From contig JAYEJL010000165.1 of the NCBI GenBank assembly GCA_034660555.1, positions 32,001 to 96,000 on the forward strand: DNA of 64,000 nt, read 5' to 3'. Each line of letters starts with the position of its first letter. The stretch's first letter is position 1. Below the pieces are notes generated by a model, which saw only the letters and a program-made list of their open reading frames with translations, did no database searches and was not told the origin of the DNA. The stretch is from Thermotogota bacterium. Its GTDB lineage: Bacteria > Thermotogota > Thermotogae > Petrotogales > Kosmotogaceae. The position numbers and the translations under genes are program-made. This document shows, piece after piece, positions 20,235-29,629 of the stretch.

Positions 20235-20942
20235 ATGTTTTTAGATATTGGTAACGAATTGTTGTGGCTAATCTTCATGTTCATCGATCTGTCCATTGCG
20301 GTTATAGTCTTTAAGTTATTTAAACGAGAAGGATTGTTCATGATGATCATTGCAAATATCATCATAGCAAACATTCAGGTTATTAAACTGGTAGAACTCT
20401 TTGGTATAACCGCAACACTGGGAAATATCGTTTACGGTTCAATATTCTTTTCAACAGATCTTTTAAACGAACTGTATGGAAAAAAAGAAGCTCGTAAAGG
20501 AGTCCTACTGGGGTTCGTAACTCTTATGATCGCAACGCTATACATGCAGTTTGCCATCTCGTTCACTCCTTCAGGAATTGAAGAATCACTTGAAGCTCAC
20601 AAGGCACTCAGCACAATATTCGGAATATTACCCAGGATAGCTGCAGGAAGCCTTATTGCGTATATTGTTTCACAACTACACGACGTATGGGCATTCGATT
20701 TCTGGAAACGACTGACTAAAGGAAAACATCTTTGGTTAAGAAACAATCTTTCAACTATGGTAAGTCAGTTTCTCGATTCGTTAATTTTTGTGTTCATTGC
20801 TTTTTGGGGAACACTGGAGCTAAATGTATGGTGGCAGGTAGTGTTTACAACATATGTATTCAAGTGGTTTGTAGCAGCCTTTGATACACCATTCATTTAT
20901 CTTGCCAGATGGTTACATAAAAAAAATGAAATTGAAGAGTAA
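20235..20942 (+). CDS. yhhQ: Queuosine precursor transporter (YhhQ/VUT family)
   Basis: ANIQV.K, TLGN..Y, TDLL.E.YG, PRIA.GSL.AY.VSQ.HD, LWLRNN.ST.VSQ..DS, DTPF.Y; SD GGAG before ATG 20235. Confidence 0.88.
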   Translation: MFLDIGNELLWLIFMFIDLSIAVIVFKLFKREGLFMMIIANIIIANIQVIKLVELFGITATLGNIVYGSIFFSTDLLNELYGKKEARKGVLLGFVTLMIATLYMQFAISFTPSGIEESLEAHKALSTIFGILPRIAAGSLIAYIVSQLHDVWAFDFWKRLTKGKHLWLRNNLSTMVSQFLDSLIFVFIAFWGTLELNVWWQVVFTTYVFKWFVAAFDTPFIYLARWLHKKNEIEE

Positions 20943-20959
20943 ATTCTTGTTTCGTTATA

Positions 20960-21811
20960 CTAAGAGAAGGTATTGGCAATATTTGCAGCAACTCTGGCGT
21001 TGTTTTTTAACAGAGAAATGTTGGTCCTAACTGACTGACCATTAGAATAATTTGCCAGCTCGGTAAGCAAAAACGGGGTTAAACCTTTTCCGGTTATGTT
21101 CTTTTTTTCTGCATTATTTACAGCTCTTCTTACCCAGTTGTTTAATCTATCATAATCTATTTCTTCTTCTTCAGGAACAGGATTTAAGACCAGAACTGCA
21201 CCGGATAAACCCAGTTCTTTTTTCTTGAGAAAAATATCCCTTATTTCTGATGGATTATCTGTAGAAAAACTGAGTCTGTAATTACTGGTTCGAGAATGAA
21301 ATAAAGGGAATACTTCTGTATTGAATCCTACTGTAGTAATTTGCGAAGTTTCAAGCAATTCAATTGTTCTTTCAATATCAAGAATACTTTTAAACCCTGA
21401 ACAAACAACAATCATTGAGCTTCTGGAAAGCTCAGCAATATCTTGAGACACATCCCATGTTCTCTGTCTATGAACACCACCGATGCCACCGGTAGCAAAC
21501 ACTTTAATTCCTGCTTTTTTTGCAAGTGCAATAGTGGCACTTACCGTGGTCGCTGCATTTCTCTTTCCAACAATAGCTGCGGCTAGTTCAGCTGTTCCAA
21601 CCTTAATGACATTATTGTCTACTGCGAGAAACTTTATTTCTTCCTTTGTTAAACCGATTTTCACTTCACCAGAGATAATGCCTATAGTTTTTGGCGCTGC
21701 TCCATTTTGCTTCACTATCGTCTCCATTTCCAGAGCTGTGTCAACATTAAAAGGATTGGGAAGTCCTTTTGCTATAACCGTGCTTTCAAGTGCTACAATG
21801 TTTTTCATCAT
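20960..21811 (-). CDS. psuG: Pseudouridine-5'-phosphate glycosidase
   Basis: VALESTVI, ATTVSAT, FATGGIGGVHR, D.S.D..EL, KSILD, TPFLL. Confidence 0.93.
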   Translation of the reverse strand: MMKNIVALESTVIAKGLPNPFNVDTALEMETIVKQNGAAPKTIGIISGEVKIGLTKEEIKFLAVDNNVIKVGTAELAAAIVGKRNAATTVSATIALAKKAGIKVFATGGIGGVHRQRTWDVSQDIAELSRSSMIVVCSGFKSILDIERTIELLETSQITTVGFNTEVFPLFHSRTSNYRLSFSTDNPSEIRDIFLKKKELGLSGAVLVLNPVPEEEEIDYDRLNNWVRRAVNNAEKKNITGKGLTPFLLTELANYSNGQSVRTNISLLKNNARVAANIANTFS

Positions 21812-22503
21812 ACTTCACCTTTCCTTCTCGCAAAATTCAGTGACATTATGAGTCCAATAACAAAGCCACCTATGTGAGCCCACCAGGCAACTCCCGCAGA
21901 ACCGGATGAAGTAATTTTAAACACTCCATTAAAGAATTGCAGAAAAAACCATAAAACAAGAAAAAAGTAGGCAGGAATTTCAAAAAGAAGTGGGAAAAAC
22001 AAAATCGGAACAACCGTCAAAATTCTGCTCCATGGGAAAAAATACAAATAGGCACCCATCACACCTGCTACACAACCTGAAGCGCCTATAACTGCCATGT
22101 TTGAGTTTGGCATAAAAGAAAATTGAACAATATTGGCAAGCACACCCCAGCTCAAATAATAAAACAGAAAACGTATGTGCCCCAACTTGTCTTCAACATT
22201 GTCTCCAAACACAAACAGTATCCACATATTGGTTATTATGTGCAGCCACCCACCATGCATAAAAGTAGAACTTAGAAATGGAATGAAATTCAGCTGATTT
22301 ACTGTCATTTCATACATTCCTTGAATCATGATTCTTCCCTCTGTAAATCTGGTGGGAACTAGCCCATACCTGTGCACGAAAATAATAAGATCAGTTCTGT
22401 TGAGACTAAGCTCATACAGAAAAATCGCAACATTCAGAGCGATAACTGCATAAATTACATAAGGAGTTTTTGAACTTTTTATGCTATCCTTAATCGGAAA
22501 CAT
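21808..22503 (-). CDS. Rhomboid family intramembrane serine protease
   Basis: FMHGGWLHI..NM, FGDNVED, GASG, AWWAHIGG. Confidence 0.93.
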   Translation of the reverse strand: MFPIKDSIKSSKTPYVIYAVIALNVAIFLYELSLNRTDLIIFVHRYGLVPTRFTEGRIMIQGMYEMTVNQLNFIPFLSSTFMHGGWLHIITNMWILFVFGDNVEDKLGHIRFLFYYLSWGVLANIVQFSFMPNSNMAVIGASGCVAGVMGAYLYFFPWSRILTVVPILFFPLLFEIPAYFFLVLWFFLQFFNGVFKITSSGSAGVAWWAHIGGFVIGLIMSLNFARRKGEV

Positions 22504-22551
22504 AGCATTCTCCTAACAAGTTTATATTACTTATTTTACCAAATAGATAAC

Positions 22552-22580
22552 TTGAAAAGCTAAATGGCCAGTGATATAAT
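22552..22580 (+). promoter_or_regulatory. Sigma70 promoter for tRNA-Arg
   Basis: TTGAAA-N17-TATAAT with TG extension. Confidence 0.8.
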
Positions 22581-22591
22581 TTTGCGCGTGT

Positions 22592-22666
22592 GCCCCCGTA
22601 GTTCAACGGATAGAACGGCGGATTCCTAATCCGCAAATGAAGGTTCGATTCCTTCCGGGGGTACCA
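22592..22666 (+). tRNA. tRNA-Arg(CCT)
   Basis: Acceptor GCCCCCG/CGGGGGT, anticodon arm GCGGA-TTCCTAA-TCCGC, TTCGATT, CCA. Confidence 0.95.
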
Positions 22667-22830
22667 GAAAAGCGCGGCTTGACTGCGCTTATTTGTTTAT
22701 CCTTTTTAAAAAATTCTCGGCGAGAACCATAAAAAATGATGAAGGTGTAACCAATAAATCTAACGCTGCTCATAGTCGAATAAAGGACTTTATTAATACT
22801 AACCACAAATAAATGCGGCTTTTGTCAATT

Positions 22831-22848
22831 TTGTGGGTTTGTTCACAA
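22831..22848 (+). promoter_or_regulatory. Possible Rex operator upstream of gdhA
   Basis: TTGTGGGTTTGTTCACAA vs Rex consensus TTGTGAA-N4-TTCACAA (12/14). Confidence 0.45.
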
Positions 22849-22906
22849 ACTCACGTGAGACTAGAATTAGTCTGAAAGCACAAACTTTAGTAGAGGAGGG
22901 TTTTTA

Positions 22907-24160
22907 GTGGCCGATGTAAGTTTATACCAAAACGCATTGAAACAGTTCCGAAAGGCTACGGACATAATGGAACTTGATCCTTCACTTGTGGAGGTCCTTT
23001 CCTTTCCCAAACGCGAACTGACGGTAAACTGTCCTGTAAGAATGGACGATGGTAGTATTAGAGTTTTCACAGGTCATAGAGTACAGCACAACATAGCAAG
23101 AGGTCCTGCAAAAGGTGGTATCCGATATCATGCAGATGTGACACTTGACGAAGTCAAAGCCCTGGCTTTCTGGATGACATGGAAAGCTGCTGTAGTTGGA
23201 ATTCCCTATGGTGGTGGAAAAGGCGGCGTCGCAGTTGACCCATCAAAGCTCAGTGAGGGTGAACTTGAAAGACTTTCCAGACGATTCTTTTCGGAAATTC
23301 AGGTAATACTTGGAGAAGACAAAGATATTCCAGCTCCTGATGTCAATACCAACGCACAGGTAATGTCCTGGTATATGGATACCTATTCTATGAATGTGGG
23401 ACATTCTGTACTCGGTATAGTAACCGGAAAACCTTTAGAAATAGGCGGTTCAGCTGGTAGATCGGAAGCAACTGGAAGAGGGGTCAGAGTAGTAACAGAA
23501 GAAGCAATCAATTATAAAGATATGGATCCGGAGAAAACCACGGTGGCAGTTCAGGGGTTTGGAAATGTAGGCTCACACGCTGCCAAACTTATTCATAAAG
23601 AAATTGGATCCAAGATAATCGCTGTAAGTGATGTTTCGGGCGGAATTTACAATGAAAATGGACTGGACATAAACGAATTAATCGAGTACACTAAAACGAA
23701 TAATGGACTTGTAAAAGGTTTCCCTAAAGCTGAACCAATATCAAATGAAGACCTCCTTACGCTGGACGTAGACGTACTTGTTCCTGCAGCGCTGGAAAAT
23801 GCAATCACTGAGAAAAATGCAAACGATGTCAGAGCCAAGATTATCGTAGAGGGCGCAAACGGTCCTGTAACTCCAGAAGCAGAGGATATATTGTTAAACA
23901 AAGACATTTTCTTTGTACCTGACTTCCTGGCCAACGCTGGAGGTGTAACTGTATCTTATTTCGAATGGGTTCAGGGCCTGCAGTGGTATTTCTGGGAATT
24001 GGAAGACATAAGAAGAGCCCTTCACAAAATTATGAGGCAGGCTTTCAACACCAACATCAAAACAATGCATAAATACGGAACTGATATGAGAACCTCAGCT
24101 TACATAGTAGCAATTGACCGTGTCGCAACTGCTACAAAACTCAGAGGGATTTATCCTTGA
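22907..24160 (+). CDS. gdhA: Glutamate dehydrogenase (NAD(P)-dependent)
   Basis: GPAKGGIRY, GGGKGG, DIPAPDV.T, ATGRG, VQGFGNVG, EGANGP, ANAGGV.VSYFEW. Confidence 0.97.
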   Translation: MADVSLYQNALKQFRKATDIMELDPSLVEVLSFPKRELTVNCPVRMDDGSIRVFTGHRVQHNIARGPAKGGIRYHADVTLDEVKALAFWMTWKAAVVGIPYGGGKGGVAVDPSKLSEGELERLSRRFFSEIQVILGEDKDIPAPDVNTNAQVMSWYMDTYSMNVGHSVLGIVTGKPLEIGGSAGRSEATGRGVRVVTEEAINYKDMDPEKTTVAVQGFGNVGSHAAKLIHKEIGSKIIAVSDVSGGIYNENGLDINELIEYTKTNNGLVKGFPKAEPISNEDLLTLDVDVLVPAALENAITEKNANDVRAKIIVEGANGPVTPEAEDILLNKDIFFVPDFLANAGGVTVSYFEWVQGLQWYFWELEDIRRALHKIMRQAFNTNIKTMHKYGTDMRTSAYIVAIDRVATATKLRGIYP

Positions 24161-24182
24161 TCGAATAATTAACAAAAATCAC

Positions 24183-24209
24183 AAGCGGGGGGATTTACCC
24201 CGCTTTTTT
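24183..24209 (+). terminator. Rho-independent terminator
   Basis: AAGCGGGG-N7-CCCCGCTT plus T run. Confidence 0.85.
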
Positions 24210-24332
24210 AAGTCTTTTCACAAAGCACATAAAAAATAATATAATAATCATAAACGGATTTTAGTATCAGAAAAACCAACTGTTGCGTATTTTTTAGGAG
24301 GTGAACAGGTAGATACAAAATAACCTGGAGAC

Positions 24333-25796
24333 ATGAATATAAAGTTAAAAAACGGAATGGTTTATGATCCTAAAAAGGGTACCTTTAACAAACGTGATCT
24401 TGTTATTAAAAATAGTATTATCAGTAACAGTGATGATGGTGCAAAAACTTATGACATTGGAGGATATTACGTCTATCCGGGGTTCGTAGATTCTCATCTT
24501 CATTTAATATCTACAGGAAAACGACAATTAACTCCATCTCTTGATCATATAAACAGTAAAGAGGAGCTTAACTTATTTTTTAGGAATTACTCTACCAAAG
24601 ATCGGATAACTGAAATCTTTAATGCGCGAGGTTGGGATCAGGATAAACTTGGATTTATGCCTGATCGAGTGTACCTTGATGAATTTTTTCCTGAAACACC
24701 CGTAATCCTTGAAAGAAGATGCGGACATGTGGCAGTCGTTAGCAGTGCAATGATCGATAGATACAACTTAAAAAAGTTTGATGGTCTCGATGGCACTGTC
24801 ATTTCAAAAGGTTACTTAAAGGAAAGAGCACTTATTAAAACACAGGACCTGATAACACTGTCAAAGGAAGAAATAAACAAGTTTATGAATAAAGGCATAG
24901 ATTTGCTTCTGGGGTATGGTATTACGCACGTCCATACCGATGATTTTCATGGTGTAGAGCTGAAAACACTTCTTAATACACTATCCGCTCAAAACAGAAT
25001 TAAGATCTTTGAGAAACTAAATGTACCTGCATCTTCTATTGAAAAAATCAAACATTATACGGAATACGAAAGTGAATTCCTTACAATTGGATCGGTAAAG
25101 ATATTCCTCGACGGATCATTCGGTGCACGAACTGGAGCATTATTGGAACCTTATGCAGATGATGTAGAAAACAGAGGTTTATTTTACTACTCAGAGAGAG
25201 AGCTTAACAATATTCTGACTCTTTGTGAAAAAGAAAAATTGCAGTTATCCATACACATTATAGGAGATAGAGCCCTGGAATTAGCTCTTAATGTATTAAG
25301 CAATTATCCAAAGAGTTCATTGAAACATAGATTGATACATCTCCAGATTGCCTCCAATAAGCAGATTAGTAGAATAGCCGAAATTGGTTTGATCGCATCG
25401 ATTCAACCGGTGTTTTATATCTCTGATAACGAAATGGCAAAGGCAAGATTGGGCAAAAATCGTTACAGGGAAAAAGCTTATCCTTTCAAAAAGATGTTTG
25501 AATCAGGGGTGAGTCTTTCATTATCCACCGATTCGCCAGTGGAAGATCCAAATCCATTTTTAAATATTATCGCAGCAGATAACTTTTTTGACAGAAAAAC
25601 CATACTTTATCTGTATATGATAAATGGAAGAAAACATGGTTTCTCAAATGACTCTGGAAGACTTCTAACGGGAGAAAAGGCTGACTTCTTTATAACAAAA
25701 ACCGATCTACTTCATGCCTCAAAGATTGATTTAGCAGAAACTAAAGCAGCAATAACATTTGTGAATGGAAAACCTGTACATGGTTCGCTACCTTGA
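24333..25796 (+). CDS. Amidohydrolase family 3 (YtcJ-like) metal-dependent hydrolase
   Basis: PGFVDSHLH, RRCGH, K.FLDGSFGART, H.IGD.A, RLIH.Q, STDSPV. Confidence 0.88.
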   Translation: MNIKLKNGMVYDPKKGTFNKRDLVIKNSIISNSDDGAKTYDIGGYYVYPGFVDSHLHLISTGKRQLTPSLDHINSKEELNLFFRNYSTKDRITEIFNARGWDQDKLGFMPDRVYLDEFFPETPVILERRCGHVAVVSSAMIDRYNLKKFDGLDGTVISKGYLKERALIKTQDLITLSKEEINKFMNKGIDLLLGYGITHVHTDDFHGVELKTLLNTLSAQNRIKIFEKLNVPASSIEKIKHYTEYESEFLTIGSVKIFLDGSFGARTGALLEPYADDVENRGLFYYSERELNNILTLCEKEKLQLSIHIIGDRALELALNVLSNYPKSSLKHRLIHLQIASNKQISRIAEIGLIASIQPVFYISDNEMAKARLGKNRYREKAYPFKKMFESGVSLSLSTDSPVEDPNPFLNIIAADNFFDRKTILYLYMINGRKHGFSNDSGRLLTGEKADFFITKTDLLHASKIDLAETKAAITFVNGKPVHGSLP

Positions 25797-26414
25797 ACAA
25801 CTAACCTGAAAAAGGTCTCTGTCTTCAAGCCTGATAGCTGTTAATTTGCCACCATAGACGCATCCAGTATCTATTCCAATTTTGGTTTTATCAATATAGG
25901 GTACATCAAGAAATGGAGTATGACCAAAAACGATTATTTTATCACTTAAAGGTTTTTTGCAATATATAAATTCTTCTCTTATCCATATCATCTCCATTTC
26001 ATCCTGTTCCTCAAGAGGTTTCCCTGGAAGTACTCCAGCATGAACAACAAGATAATTCCCCGTCTGATAATAGAATTCGGTATTTCTGAAAAACTCAAGA
26101 TGATCTTTAGGAATCGAATTTATATTTCCATAACTGTCCAGTGTAGCTTCCATTCCGTTGAGATACCAGATTCTTCCCATATTCTTATCATCAAGATAGT
26201 CCAGCAACATCTGTTCATGATTACCTCTAAGAAATATACAATTGTATTTTTCTGAAAGATCGAGAAGAAACTCTACTACACCCTTCGAGTCTTTCCCTCT
26301 GTCAATATAATCGCCTACAAAAATCAGCTTATCTTCTTTCTGAACAGGTAGTTTCTTCATGAGTCTCTTTAGGCTTTTCAAACATCCATGAATATCTCCT
26401 ATAACATATCTCAT
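25788..26414 (-). CDS. PPP-family Ser/Thr protein phosphatase (metallophosphoesterase)
   Basis: GDIHG, GDYIDRG, GNHE, HAG, GHTP, IDTG. Confidence 0.92.
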   Translation of the reverse strand: MRYVIGDIHGCLKSLKRLMKKLPVQKEDKLIFVGDYIDRGKDSKGVVEFLLDLSEKYNCIFLRGNHEQMLLDYLDDKNMGRIWYLNGMEATLDSYGNINSIPKDHLEFFRNTEFYYQTGNYLVVHAGVLPGKPLEEQDEMEMIWIREEFIYCKKPLSDKIIVFGHTPFLDVPYIDKTKIGIDTGCVYGGKLTAIRLEDRDLFQVSCSR

Positions 26415-26415
26415 A

Positions 26416-27030
26416 TCAGAAAATATTCTCCATTATCATTTTCCATAGAAATGAAAAACCTACACCAATAACCGGACTGAGAATCCACTCAATTTTTCTT
26501 TCCTTTGAAAAAATAACTCTGTAAACAATTGCCGCAAGCACAGAAATGATAACCCACTCAATTTTATTCGCAAAAGCAAATATGAATATTACAAGTCTTT
26601 CGGTTATACCTATTGAATCACTCTTTAGCGAATCGATAATACCTTTTCTGAAGAAATAAGTCACACCAACTGTTACCAGAAGAATACCTAATAGATACCA
26701 TGCAAAGGGACCTGTGATAAACGAAGTGCGTAGTAAATCAGACACAAGGAAAGACAAGATTGCATATGATATGACTGCAAATAATTCAACTAAATCCTGA
26801 GAAAATCGAGCCCTTAGGAATAAGATCACAGGTAATGCCAAAATCGCAAGTATAAACACAAGAATTCCCTTAGGCGAGGTAAACAATGTATCAAAACTAA
26901 AAGCCAAAACTACCAGTGCGCCCCATAATATCTGATACAGAAATCTCTTTTCCTTCATTTCACCAAGTTTGCTATTATTTACGAAAGCGTGATTGGCAAC
27001 AATATAAGCAACCAACAAGTGTACAGGCAT
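26416..27030 (-). CDS. Hypothetical polytopic membrane protein (DUF3307-like)
   Basis: ~6 hydrophobic segments; N-terminal HLL and internal IG..ER motif resemble DUF3307. Confidence 0.6.
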   Translation of the reverse strand: MPVHLLVAYIVANHAFVNNSKLGEMKEKRFLYQILWGALVVLAFSFDTLFTSPKGILVFILAILALPVILFLRARFSQDLVELFAVISYAILSFLVSDLLRTSFITGPFAWYLLGILLVTVGVTYFFRKGIIDSLKSDSIGITERLVIFIFAFANKIEWVIISVLAAIVYRVIFSKERKIEWILSPVIGVGFSFLWKMIMENIF

Positions 27031-27043
27031 ATTCTTTATCCTC

Positions 27044-29440
27044 CTATTTCAATCTCTTCCATGGTATCACAGGAACAGCAAAAGTGGCAACAATCAGAGA
27101 AATTAAAACCCCTCCTGAAAGGCTCAAGCCAAAGTATCTCAATAATCTGCCCTGAGCCAGTCCAAAACTCATAAAGGCGAACATGGTTGTTACTGCTGAC
27201 ATGGTTACCGATTTCAGTGTTCGGGCAGATTCATAACGTTTGCCCTTTGATGCTCCATGTATCATATGTACCATTCCATCAACGCCAATCCCAAGAATCA
27301 ACGGAGCCGAAATAATAGTAACGAATGTCGTCTCTATACCCATTATCTCCATAACTCCGAACATAGATAGCAGTACACCAATTACCAGTATGATTAATTT
27401 GATACTATCAAAAATACTCCTTCTTTCCAGATAAATAATAAAGAAGACAAAGCCCAGCGCAAACAAAGAAACAGGGGTTGTGATTTTTCTAACCAGATTC
27501 ATCATATGATAATAAACTTTGGGATAACCTCCTGCTTCATTCTGCAACTCATCAAGACTGTCAAATAGTTTTTTTATACCATTTTCCTGATATATTCTTA
27601 GACTGGGTTCGGCTAAAAGCACGAAGTAATCTTCACCTTTTGGGGTAACATAGTACAGCTGCCTTCGGATATCTTCCGGTAGATAACCAATCATTAAATC
27701 AAGGATTTCGGATGTATTATTTGTATTTTCAGCCTTTTGAACAAATTCCACCAGTGGACTGTAATATTGATTTTTCTTCAACAACGATTCCACAACCGGA
27801 GAATCTCTAAAGGTTTCCATTGAACGAAGGACCTGCCTGAAATTTTCCAGGAAATCGGCCTCATCTTCTCCCAAAAGGTCAAGAATAGAAGTTACACTGT
27901 CAATATTCTTGTTTTCTTTGAGTCTATCTGAAATTTCCTGTAATCCTTCAATATTATCTGCAAAAAAAGGTACATTATTTGTCAACTCAGAGCCAAATAC
28001 TCTCTCAATAAGTCTTAGTGAATCCATAGTTTCAGAATCTTTCGATATCAATCCGGGTGGAGTATATGAGAAGTTGCGAATGTTATGCACCCCAAAGTAC
28101 GACAAAAAGACAATAAGCACTACCACTATGGCCAGGGAAATTCCTGAATATTTCTTTCCAAGCCTTGAAAGAAAATAGAAATATTTATCAAGGGAATGTA
28201 TTTTAGCTGAAGATCCACCCTTACTTATAGAAGTAATGGATAACGCAGGCAGGAAGAAATACATCACAGCGAAAAACACAAGGATACCAAGTGCTGTCAG
28301 AACACCCAGTTCTCTAATCGCAGGAGCATTAACAAAAGAAATGATCAAGAAAACAAAACCCGTAGTCAGAGCACTGACAAGCAGCGGGGTAGTGGTGGCT
28401 CTATATGTTCGATGTAAGATTTCTACAGGATCTCCTGTTCGTTTGGATTCATCAGCCATTCTTGTGATTATATGTATTCCGTAATCAATACCAAGACCCA
28501 GTGTTATAGCATTAAGAAATGTTGTTACTATATTTAGCTCACCAAAAATAACATATGATATCCCGAGAGTTAGAAACATCGAAACAGCCAGAGAACTGAA
28601 CATAAAAAATGTGATCCTTATACTGGAATAAGCCAAGAAGAATAACAGTGCTATTCCCATTAATGAAATAATTGTTGTAAGAGTAAAATCAAACTGGGCC
28701 TGCTGATGGGCTTCATATGTACTGAAGTGATCTCCTGTCATATTAAAATATACGTTACGATCATCTATCTTACCCTCTACCCATTCTCTCAGCTGAGGTG
28801 TAACCTTTTGCACATATGAAATATTTGTACTTGGCCTGTCAAGTTTGAATCCCATAACGAGAATCATTGGATCTTCTTCTGGAAAATGCTCTGGCATTCT
28901 AATGTAGTTCTCAAAGTGTTTGTTCTCGTTTTCGTTCAGTATTCGATTACTTATTTGTTTAAAAGAATCAATAGACAGACCTATTTCCCGAAGAACAGAA
29001 AAATCATAGTTAAGCAATCGATCAGGATTTTCTGGCAAGATTTCTTCTCCTATACTGAAATCTCGAATTTGATCAGGATTTAAAAGGAGAAGTCCTAAAG
29101 GACCTTGATTGGAGACAATATCAAAACGCACCATACTTTCAATATGTGAAAACTCTTCAGTGCTGTTAAATATCTTTTCTGCTGTTGCTTTGAGTGCTGT
29201 GATCCCATCTTGATTTTTCAAATCTGTTTTCAGTACAACATAAGATATATTAGATGAATTGTTGTTTACAGAAAAATCTTCATATTTCTGGACCACTGGA
29301 TCATCCGGGGGTAGTATTCTCATGAAGTCAGAATTTACCATAAGTTTGGAAGATAGATACGCACCAAGTATCGACATTGAAATAAAAAAGGCAACTATTG
29401 GAATTTTGTAGTTATTGATGAAATTGCTTAATTGTCTCAT
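27044..29440 (-). CDS. MMPL/RND family transporter
   Basis: Two repeats of TM + periplasmic loop + 5 TM; GLGIDYGIH and GIGVDG.VH motifs; start approximate. Confidence 0.88.
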   Translation of the reverse strand: MRQLSNFINNYKIPIVAFFISMSILGAYLSSKLMVNSDFMRILPPDDPVVQKYEDFSVNNNSSNISYVVLKTDLKNQDGITALKATAEKIFNSTEEFSHIESMVRFDIVSNQGPLGLLLLNPDQIRDFSIGEEILPENPDRLLNYDFSVLREIGLSIDSFKQISNRILNENENKHFENYIRMPEHFPEEDPMILVMGFKLDRPSTNISYVQKVTPQLREWVEGKIDDRNVYFNMTGDHFSTYEAHQQAQFDFTLTTIISLMGIALLFFLAYSSIRITFFMFSSLAVSMFLTLGISYVIFGELNIVTTFLNAITLGLGIDYGIHIITRMADESKRTGDPVEILHRTYRATTTPLLVSALTTGFVFLIISFVNAPAIRELGVLTALGILVFFAVMYFFLPALSITSISKGGSSAKIHSLDKYFYFLSRLGKKYSGISLAIVVVLIVFLSYFGVHNIRNFSYTPPGLISKDSETMDSLRLIERVFGSELTNNVPFFADNIEGLQEISDRLKENKNIDSVTSILDLLGEDEADFLENFRQVLRSMETFRDSPVVESLLKKNQYYSPLVEFVQKAENTNNTSEILDLMIGYLPEDIRRQLYYVTPKGEDYFVLLAEPSLRIYQENGIKKLFDSLDELQNEAGGYPKVYYHMMNLVRKITTPVSLFALGFVFFIIYLERRSIFDSIKLIILVIGVLLSMFGVMEIMGIETTFVTIISAPLILGIGVDGMVHMIHGASKGKRYESARTLKSVTMSAVTTMFAFMSFGLAQGRLLRYFGLSLSGGVLISLIVATFAVPVIPWKRLK

Positions 29441-29559
29441 AAACTCACCCGGAATCAATGTAAAGGTACACTGATAAAATCAATACGCTCTTTTTCTATT
29501 AGAAAATCTCTATGCTTGTCTTAAATTGTTTCATCTACGGAAAACAGGTATATTTCAGT

Positions 29560-29609
29560 AAAAAGCACCTGGATAACTCTCAGTATTCTAAAAATTAATC
29601 CCAGGTGCT
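29560..29609 (-). terminator. Probable terminator of ctpA (large loop)
   Basis: AGCACCTGG ... CCAGGTGCT followed on minus strand by TTTT. Confidence 0.6.
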
Positions 29610-29629
29610 CATTAAAAAATTTTAGTATA

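Noticed and set aside
22603..22806. 67-aa minus-strand ORF
   Set aside because: Overlaps tRNA-Arg antisense and its terminator
24296..24304. Strong SD-like AGGAGGTGA with no start codon at normal spacing
   Set aside because: No ORF follows; the amidohydrolase has its own GGAG before ATG 24333; cannot support a feature
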